Below the pieces are notes generated by a model. It made no database searches. It worked only from the letters and a program-made list of their open reading frames with translations, and was not told the origin of the DNA. Below are positions 57,391 to 64,000 of a stretch of DNA of 64,000 bases, piece after piece. Position 1 is the first letter of the stretch, and each line of letters opens with the position of its first letter. The stretch comes from Candidatus Hydrothermarchaeum profundi (lineage in GTDB: Archaea > Hydrothermarchaeota > Hydrothermarchaeia > Hydrothermarchaeales > Hydrothermarchaeaceae), in the NCBI GenBank assembly GCA_002011125.2, contig MTMF02000009.1:32001-96000 (forward strand), written 5' to 3'. The position numbers and the translations under genes were made by a program.

Positions 57391-57567
57391 ATGGCTAAAA
57401 AGAAAGGTAGAAAAGAAAGGATCACAGTATATGTGTCCCCGTATTTATATAAAGAGATAAAAGAGATGATAAACCGGGGTGATTTCTCTTCAGAATCTGA
57501 TGTGGGTTACCAAGCTTTATCAGCTTTTGTAAGCCAATATAAAAAAGAGAAAAAGAAGTCTAAATGA
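57391..57567 (+). CDS. RHH protein, 58 aa (not in ORF track)
   Basis: MAKKKGRKERITVYVSPYLYKEIKEMINRGDFSSESDVGYQALSAFVSQYKKEKKKSK; overlaps the alaS 3' end. Confidence 0.85.
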   Translation: MAKKKGRKERITVYVSPYLYKEIKEMINRGDFSSESDVGYQALSAFVSQYKKEKKKSK

Positions 57568-60500
57568 GCTTCTCTTTTATGTAACCTCTAACCCACTCCA
57601 CGGCTTCCGATAATTTCTCTTTATCCGATCCAGCCCCCCTACCAAAATCGGGCTTACCCCCACCTCCCCCACCTAATATTGCGCATGCCTTCTTTATAAG
57701 CTCCCCCATATCGATATCTACCTTCTTACCACGTACCCCTAAGACTGATATCCTCTCATTAACCCCGAACAAGACGACTATCCTTTCATCTCCTACTAAC
57801 CTTTGAGCAGCCTTTTGGATCTCCTCCATGCCTCCCTCCATCTCCTCGCATATCAATTCATATTCACCCAATTTTTGGATATGGAGATGTTCAACCTTCT
57901 TCTGTGCAATCTCCTCGGTTAACTTCTCAACTTCCTTTCTCTGCTCCTTCCAAGTCTCAAAGATAAGCTTACATAATTTCTGAAGACTCAACGGCTCTCC
58001 CATTCCTTTTTCTGTGAAAATCTTCAGTTCCTCGATATTTTTTTCCTTGAGATTCAAAGCCCTCCTCATCCTATTAATCTCCCTGTGATCACTAAAGATT
58101 TCATTTAAAAATCGCCTTATGGTGTCCCTAATGCTCCTAGGAGGAACAGAAAAAACATCTGCAGCCTCACCTACCTCATCTATCAAAGCATCCACAAACT
58201 GGAGGTCGGCATCTGAGAGCGAACTTACAGGCTCTCTTTTTAGGACCTTCAATATCCTCTTGCTATTCTCTAATTTTCTCCTAGTCTTCACATCGGTGAG
58301 GCTGGGTACTAACCTTGAGATGACCTCATTACTCATTAAGTCTTCAAGAATAGAGTTATAGGGCTCAAGTATCCTGTCAACAATATATCTCCTAGCAGCG
58401 TCTCCTGCCACGTACTCCAACCTAACTACGCCGTCCTGAATTTTAGTTGAACCTATAATCTTAATATGCTCAGCTTCCCCGGTAAAGTTTAGATGGGTAC
58501 CTCCACATGCCTCTATGTCATACTCATCGATTTTAACAACCCTTATCTCTTTACCAGGCACCGCACCTCCCTGATATAGTCGGAAACCAAATTTGGCTTC
58601 TGCTTCATCCCGCTTATAGATTCTTTTCTCTACCGGGATATTCTGTTTTATAATCTCGTTAGCCCTCTTTTCAATTGCTTTCAATTCCTGCTTTGAAAGA
58701 GCAGAGTAATGAGTGATATCTAATCTAGATTTCTCAGGCGTCTTTTCTGCACCAGCCTGCCATACGTGCTCGCCAAGAAACTCTCTAGCCGCTCCATTAA
58801 TAATATGAGTGGAAGTGTGATGTTGAGCCAGTTGCCTCCTACGAGCCCAGTCTATTTTACCTTTAACCACGTCTCCTTCATTGAACGACATCCTATCAAC
58901 CCTGTGAACAATGACATTCCCCTGCTTAAACACATCGGTAACCCTGCAACCATCAAGATAGCCGGTATCTGTTAACTGTCCCCCGCTGGTTGGATAAAAA
59001 GCAGTCCTATCCAATACGACATATTTATCCTCAAATATCTTTAACACCTTAGCATCGAACTCGATGAGACTATAATCATCGTAATAAAGAATTTCAGTCT
59101 TATCTATACCCGACAAATCAAACTCCTTTAATTTAGTGGCTTTAACTTCACCCTGCGACTGCTCATGGCGCTCTGAGACTCTTATAAAAAAATCTGAGGG
59201 TATTTTAATATCCAGACCCGCTTCCCTTAACATCTCTGGACTAATCCCCTGGGAGTCATAGAGCTCTATAAGTTTCTCTAACGATATATCCTCCCTTTTT
59301 AGCCTAGATACTATCCTCCTAGACTTAGCCTTAGTTTCAGAATACTTTTTCTTCTCGATATCTAAAATCTCTCCAACTTCCTCTAGATTTTCTGTAAGTT
59401 CCGGATACTGCGGCTTAAGATATCTCGCATGAAGATCACATACCTCTGGTAAAGAGACCTCCCAACCATTCTTATATATAAGATCTAAACTCCTCCTTAT
59501 CAAAACCCTAAGATTATAACCCCCTCCCACGTTTGACGGGAGAGCTCCATCACTTAATGCTAGCAAGAGAGAGCGAGAATGGTCCCCTATTGAATAAATA
59601 GCCGCCAGCTTAAGGACTTTTTCCTTTAGCTCTTCTACATCCAGGCCTATTTTACCCGCTATCTCTACCCAAACTCTATCCATATCTGATTCTACAGTAA
59701 GAATACTCGAGTAGGGTATGAAATCTCCAATTACTTCATTTCTCTCGACACCTGTGACATCTAATAAATGCTCAACGACTGTGGGGAATACCGCGTCATA
59801 GCTTGTCGGAGTACCTAACGTAAACCATGCAGGACGCTCTTGACCCATACCCATATCAAGAACCTTAATAGCAAGCTCCTTAGGAACTCCTGACTTTATG
59901 TCATATTGCATATACACTTGATTTCCTATCTCAAGTCCCCTAGAAAAGAATTCCATGCTAGGACCCATGTTTCCTCCCCCTGCCCATGCGTCCTCATGAA
60001 ATTGAATTTCCCCTTTCGGTATTTTCATGCCTTCAACCAACCATGCATATATGTGTCGAAGATACTCGCTGGGCTTGTAGTTCTCAGGCTTTTCAAAAGC
60101 ATGCTGTCCGATCATAACGAAACCGGTATAATGCCTACCGGTAATGCCAACATTGTCAGTATCATTAAAACGTAAACAAAATTGAGGCACTACAAGAGGA
60201 TTAGCCGGAGGATCTACTTCCCCAGAAACACAATATGGTTGAAAATCATATATAGATGCCTGCACAAAATCCGTGTCATCTCTCCAACGAGCCACGACCG
60301 GATATCTCGGTATAGGAGTATACCCGAATCTTTCAAAGAGCTTTGCAAACTTTTTCCAAGTTTCAATATAGTCCATCTTATTCCTTGCTGGTGAATTTCC
60401 AATGAAGTCATATCCCCCAGAACACTCAGGCTCGCCACATACCTCCCTCTCAGAATAAGACCAAAAATAGCTACCGCATTTTACACATCTCTGTCTCTCA

Positions 60501-60598
60501 AATCCTTCTTCTATTAGTACCTCTACAGGATAATATTTAGTCGGATCCTGCTGAGCTTTAATCTTAAACTGCTTTTTTATTTCCTTCTCGGAACGCAT
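57560..60598 (-). CDS. alaS: Alanine--tRNA ligase (archaeal type, with C-terminal insertions)
   Basis: YPVVARWRDD, ASIYDFQP, WAGGG..GP, HTSTH, ACGGTH editing motifs, GGGGGG DHHA1 domain. Confidence 0.98.
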   Translation of the reverse strand: MRSEKEIKKQFKIKAQQDPTKYYPVEVLIEEGFERQRCVKCGSYFWSYSEREVCGEPECSGGYDFIGNSPARNKMDYIETWKKFAKLFERFGYTPIPRYPVVARWRDDTDFVQASIYDFQPYCVSGEVDPPANPLVVPQFCLRFNDTDNVGITGRHYTGFVMIGQHAFEKPENYKPSEYLRHIYAWLVEGMKIPKGEIQFHEDAWAGGGNMGPSMEFFSRGLEIGNQVYMQYDIKSGVPKELAIKVLDMGMGQERPAWFTLGTPTSYDAVFPTVVEHLLDVTGVERNEVIGDFIPYSSILTVESDMDRVWVEIAGKIGLDVEELKEKVLKLAAIYSIGDHSRSLLLALSDGALPSNVGGGYNLRVLIRRSLDLIYKNGWEVSLPEVCDLHARYLKPQYPELTENLEEVGEILDIEKKKYSETKAKSRRIVSRLKREDISLEKLIELYDSQGISPEMLREAGLDIKIPSDFFIRVSERHEQSQGEVKATKLKEFDLSGIDKTEILYYDDYSLIEFDAKVLKIFEDKYVVLDRTAFYPTSGGQLTDTGYLDGCRVTDVFKQGNVIVHRVDRMSFNEGDVVKGKIDWARRRQLAQHHTSTHIINGAAREFLGEHVWQAGAEKTPEKSRLDITHYSALSKQELKAIEKRANEIIKQNIPVEKRIYKRDEAEAKFGFRLYQGGAVPGKEIRVVKIDEYDIEACGGTHLNFTGEAEHIKIIGSTKIQDGVVRLEYVAGDAARRYIVDRILEPYNSILEDLMSNEVISRLVPSLTDVKTRRKLENSKRILKVLKREPVSSLSDADLQFVDALIDEVGEAADVFSVPPRSIRDTIRRFLNEIFSDHREINRMRRALNLKEKNIEELKIFTEKGMGEPLSLQKLCKLIFETWKEQRKEVEKLTEEIAQKKVEHLHIQKLGEYELICEEMEGGMEEIQKAAQRLVGDERIVVLFGVNERISVLGVRGKKVDIDMGELIKKACAILGGGGGGKPDFGRGAGSDKEKLSEAVEWVRGYIKEKLI

Positions 60599-60757
60599 GG
60601 TAACAGAAATTAAATGAAAAACATTTAAATATTTCTAAGGAAGGGAAGTGAAAAAAGAAGCCATTTATGGAGAGGAGAGAGGAGGATATTCACTTCCCTA
60701 GATATATTGAGATATTATTAAATATATATCTAGATTTCCCAAAATTAAGCCCAGATT

Positions 60758-62689
60758 TTACCCAAATTCCTCGGTATAGCATCTAAGTACTTCTGCTACA
60801 CTCCATGCCTGAGATATAGCGCCTTTTGGAGCATAAGGCGGGTCTCCATCGAATATCTCAGAAATACTGCCTAAGCCGGAATCATTAAGATGGGTTACGA
60901 GTTTATTTAAGAATTTTTTAACATGCGCGTTCCCATTAACCCTACGATATGCAGTGATAAAATGCCCCAACAGCCATGGCCACACGGTACCCTGATGATA
61001 AGCCAAGTCTCTAGATTCCTGATTTCCATAATAGGTACCCTTATACTCCGATTCTCTAGGAGAAAGAGTTCTAAGGCCATAAGGAGTAAGAAGGTCTTTT
61101 TCTACAACTGCAACTACCCTTTTTGCTCTGCTTTTGCTAAGCATACTATAGGGTAGACTTACAGCCAATATTTGATTAGATCTAATAGACGGATCATTTT
61201 CACCATCCCTAACCACATCGAAAAGGCAGCCTGCATTAATATTCCAGAATTTTTCGTTAAAGCTACACATAGTTTTTTCAGCAAGAGTTGAGTAACTCGC
61301 AGAGTCGTATCCAAGTTTCCTTGAAATCTTTTCTGCAATCTTAAGTGAGTTATACCACAAAGCATTGATTTCGACCACTTTCCCTTCTCGAGGGGTTACA
61401 GGTTTACCATTAACTTGAGCATCCATCCAAGTATATTGGGAAGGAGACCATATTAGGTGATCAGACTCCATTCTAATACCATTAATCCCTCCCCTGTAAG
61501 CCTCAATGATCCCACACATAGTAGGCCATAAATACCTAATAAAATCGAGATCTTGAGTATATTCTAAATATTTATCCACTGCATAAAAAAACCAGAGCGA
61601 TGCATCTGCAGAATTATATTCCGGATCTCCGTCTTCAGTAAACCTGTTAGGTATTAAACCATGCTTACTAGCCCTGCAAAATGTCTCTAATATCTCTTTG
61701 GAGTCACCAAATCTCTCTGTAGCAAGAGTTAGCCCTGGCAGAGAAATCATAGTATCCCTCCCCCAATCATCAAACCAGTGATAGCCTGCTATTATCGACT
61801 TGCCCCTTCCTCTTTTAACTATAAAAGAATCAGCAGCAAGAGTTAGCTTCCTTAGGGTGCCTTTTTTCCCTTTTACTAAATTTTTCTTTCTTTTTACTTC
61901 AGCTTTAAAAAGACCTTCAAAATGATTAGAGTCCCGAGAAAATATTCTCCTAAAGCTTCCTTCGACTTTTCTGCCTCCGACTGCAAGGATGTTAAACTTT
62001 TCTCTGCCTTCAATTCTTATCCGAAATTCTCCAGGAGAGTAATGATCTTCAGTATCATCGTAACCTCTTTCCCCCTCTACATCGTATACCATATCATGGT
62101 ACCAGCACCCATTTGGAAAAAACTCTGCTAGGTCAGAAGCTATCATTAAAGTAGGGGAGTTAATAAAATCTGGTGTCAATTTTACTATGCCCCTGCTGAT
62201 CTCCTCTATAAAATCCCATCCAAGGTTACGTCTATGTAGATTAGAGTGAAAGCTCCTACAGTTGACTAAGGGCCTTATACGCATTTCTCCCTCCCCTACA
62301 GCCTCATAAGAAACAACTACAGCATTAAAACCGTAGATAGTGTAGATCTTTTTCTTAACCTGAAGCCCATATACATCGTAACTAAATGTAGGGAAAAAGT
62401 CCAGAACAAAGCCTGTCTGATATTCATAGCCCCTAGGATAAATAGTGCCTGGGATATACTTATTTGTAGATATACTAAATGATCCTCCGCCAGTCAACAA
62501 CTCTTCTTCTAACTTAGATAATAAAAGCCAACGATTCACAGGAGGATTAAGGGCTGCTACTAATAAGCCGTGATATTTCCTACTGTTGAGACCTATCACC
62601 GTAGAAGAAGAATATCCGCCAAGGCCGTTTGAAACTAGCCACTCTTTTTTGCATCCTTCTTCTAGAGATAAATGTTCAAGAGAAAACAT
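60758..62689 (-). CDS. Glycogen debranching enzyme (amylo-alpha-1,6-glucosidase)
   Basis: EWLVSNGLGGY, RKYHGLL, IIAGYHWF.DWGRDT, TWMDA, YHQGTVWPWL, QAWSVAE. Confidence 0.95.
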   Translation of the reverse strand: MFSLEHLSLEEGCKKEWLVSNGLGGYSSSTVIGLNSRKYHGLLVAALNPPVNRWLLLSKLEEELLTGGGSFSISTNKYIPGTIYPRGYEYQTGFVLDFFPTFSYDVYGLQVKKKIYTIYGFNAVVVSYEAVGEGEMRIRPLVNCRSFHSNLHRRNLGWDFIEEISRGIVKLTPDFINSPTLMIASDLAEFFPNGCWYHDMVYDVEGERGYDDTEDHYSPGEFRIRIEGREKFNILAVGGRKVEGSFRRIFSRDSNHFEGLFKAEVKRKKNLVKGKKGTLRKLTLAADSFIVKRGRGKSIIAGYHWFDDWGRDTMISLPGLTLATERFGDSKEILETFCRASKHGLIPNRFTEDGDPEYNSADASLWFFYAVDKYLEYTQDLDFIRYLWPTMCGIIEAYRGGINGIRMESDHLIWSPSQYTWMDAQVNGKPVTPREGKVVEINALWYNSLKIAEKISRKLGYDSASYSTLAEKTMCSFNEKFWNINAGCLFDVVRDGENDPSIRSNQILAVSLPYSMLSKSRAKRVVAVVEKDLLTPYGLRTLSPRESEYKGTYYGNQESRDLAYHQGTVWPWLLGHFITAYRRVNGNAHVKKFLNKLVTHLNDSGLGSISEIFDGDPPYAPKGAISQAWSVAEVLRCYTEEFG

Positions 62690-62696
62690 AGAAGGC

Positions 62697-63008
62697 TTAG
62701 CCGAAGAGAGCGCCAAGCCCTTCTATAGCTTCTTCCTCTGAAACCTCTTCTTTCTTTTCTTCTTTTTCTTCCTCTTTCTTCTCTTCTGCTGGAGCTTCCG
62801 GTGCTGCTGGCGCAGCAGGTGCAACAGGTGTTACTGCTGCTTGCTTTATCGCCTCATCTATGTCTACTCCTTCCAGAGCCGCTACTAAAGCCTTCACCCT
62901 AGCTTCATCCGGCTTTATTCCCGGCGCCTTTAATACTTTTTTAATGTTTTCCTCGTTTATCTCTTTTCCAGCAGAGTGTAACAACATAGCAGCGTAAATG
63001 TATTCCAT
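62697..63008 (-). CDS. rpl12: Ribosomal stalk protein P1 (L12p)
   Basis: [11 protein letters not shown]...EGLGALFG; GGAGGTGA RBS. Confidence 0.98.
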   Translation of the reverse strand: MEYIYAAMLLHSAGKEINEENIKKVLKAPGIKPDEARVKALVAALEGVDIDEAIKQAAVTPVAPAAPAAPEAPAEEKKEEEKEEKKEEVSEEEAIEGLGALFG

Positions 63009-63020
63009 CACTTCACCTCC

Positions 63021-64000
63021 TTATCCAAATAGTGCTCCAAGCCCTTCTACTGCTTCTTCCTCTGAAACCTCTTCTTTCTCCTCAGTTTTTTCCTCTTCTT
63101 TTTCTTCTTTCTTTTCCGCTCTTTGTGCCGAAGAAGGCCTTGTAGATAATTTTTCTTTAAGATCGTCGTCTATAGCATCAGTTGTAAGATGGGATGCAAT
63201 CGATAACATCTGCAAATATGATTTTGACAAGATATCACCTATAATTTCAGGTTCATAAATCTCCGCCTGAAGTCCTAGTGCTCTGGCTTCAGAATAAGCT
63301 TTCCTAATAGCCATTGGAGCAGTTTCTTTAGTTATATATCCTGAGTAAATAGAGAGATTAACTGCATGAAGGAAAGCGTCTTGAATATCTGATATAACTT
63401 TTTCTTCATCTATAGATAGTATATCCGGCAAAAAGATAGTTCCATTTTCCCAAGCGGCCAATAGATCAAGTCCCACCTCAAGAGGCTCAATCCCTAATCT
63501 TGCTAAAACAGAGGCCAATTCCGGACTAATTCTTTCCCCTTCCTTTACAACTAATTTGTCCTCGCTTATAGCTATTTTACCCCCAGAGATCTTGGTTGGG
63601 ATACCCACCCGCTGAAGCTCACTTAACATAGGTCCTGGAGGGAAGGGGGTCTCGCCTTTTTTAACAACAATATCCTTAGGAGCTATACTATTAGGCTTTG
63701 CTGGAGCAGGAGTTTTGCTTTTGTCAAGTATTTTATAAAGTTTAAAAGGATTCACCTTAGAAAAGATGAAAGCAGGCTGTCCCTTAATATGTTCTTCTAA
63801 TGCTTTAAGGCTCTTCTCTTCTTTTGACGCTTTTTCTAAGGCGTGTTTAATTAACGATTTTTTGGACATCTTTATAAGGACTTCACCACGTAGTAGGTCC
63901 CTCATCTTTTGAAGCTGCCGTGCGGGAATCCCTTCCATATTAACTATTCCAACTACTGGATACTCCTTTAGATATGCTGCCATTTTATCTACTTCTTCCA
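63021..64000 (-). CDS. rplP0: Ribosomal protein uL10 (P0), 5'-truncated by the window edge
   Basis: IPARQLQKMR, T.FPPGP, LGIEP, GLGALFG tail. Confidence 0.98.
   Translation of the reverse strand, partial: EEVDKMAAYLKEYPVVGIVNMEGIPARQLQKMRDLLRGEVLIKMSKKSLIKHALEKASKEEKSLKALEEHIKGQPAFIFSKVNPFKLYKILDKSKTPAPAKPNSIAPKDIVVKKGETPFPPGPMLSELQRVGIPTKISGGKIAISEDKLVVKEGERISPELASVLARLGIEPLEVGLDLLAAWENGTIFLPDILSIDEEKVISDIQDAFLHAVNLSIYSGYITKETAPMAIRKAYSEARALGLQAEIYEPEIIGDILSKSYLQMLSIASHLTTDAIDDDLKEKLSTRPSSAQRAEKKEEKEEEKTEEKEEVSEEEAVEGLGALFG

Larger units (their letters stand above)
39538..57567. mobile_element. ~18 kb genomic island between leuS and alaS
   Basis: Non-housekeeping content, recombinase relic, IS, terminal RHH genes and a 19-bp inverted repeat, mosaic GC. 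Confidence 0.8.

Noticed and set aside
60698-60733. CTAGATATAT...ATATATCTAG inverted repeat
   Set aside because: AT-rich hairpin downstream of the debranching gene; plausibly a terminator or chance, with nothing else supporting a special role.
62697-63085. Near-identical DNA repeat at the rpl12 and rplP0 3' ends
   Set aside because: This is the known shared stalk C-terminal motif ([12 protein letters not shown]).
2540-63258. Many antisense or overlapping ORFs in the track (e.g. 2540-2974, 5576-5923, 11705-12106, 33456-33935, 62998-63258)
   Set aside because: Shadow ORFs of real genes with Ser/Phe/Leu-rich antisense composition.
1-64000. CRISPR array or cas genes
   Set aside because: No regularly spaced 25-40 bp repeats and no cas motifs were seen.

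Overview
Archaeal chromosomal DNA, probably from a euryarchaeal-type thermophile (Hydrothermarchaeota-like, but this placement is tentative). The housekeeping backbone includes cobS/cobY, trm112, pheA and chorismate mutase, RaSEA, a split ArcS, hflX, lhr, sua5, tRNA-Leu(TAA), eS32/L41e, tRNA-Arg(TCT), leuS, alaS, glycogen debranching enzyme, rpl12 and rplP0. Two accessory regions interrupt it. Region 1 (about 26.1-35.6 kb) lies 3' of tRNA-Leu and carries an HNH nuclease, two PIN TA modules, an AAA_14 ATPase, an LRR protein, a GTPase-less EF-1alpha domain II-III paralog and decayed genes. Region 2 is an ~18 kb island between leuS and alaS (about 39.5-57.6 kb). Its ends carry outward-facing RHH genes and a perfect 19-bp inverted repeat, and it contains a tyrosine-recombinase relic. 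Its core is an AT-rich, translationally coupled operon: Zn-finger/tandem winged-helix protein A, a classic AAA unfoldase-type ATPase, two small proteins, a short zinc-hook SMC-like ATPase, the paralogous Zn-finger/tandem winged-helix protein B (both A and B end in Glu-Arg tails), and a PAPS-reductase/ferredoxin protein. Downstream are a catalytically degenerate TGT-fold gene with a truncated paralog, an IS4-like transposase, a beta-CASP MBL hydrolase, and GIY-YIG and PD-(D/E)XK nucleases. This SMC/AAA/twin-WH operon is the best candidate for an undescribed system. All family calls come from motif recognition by eye; no database search was run.
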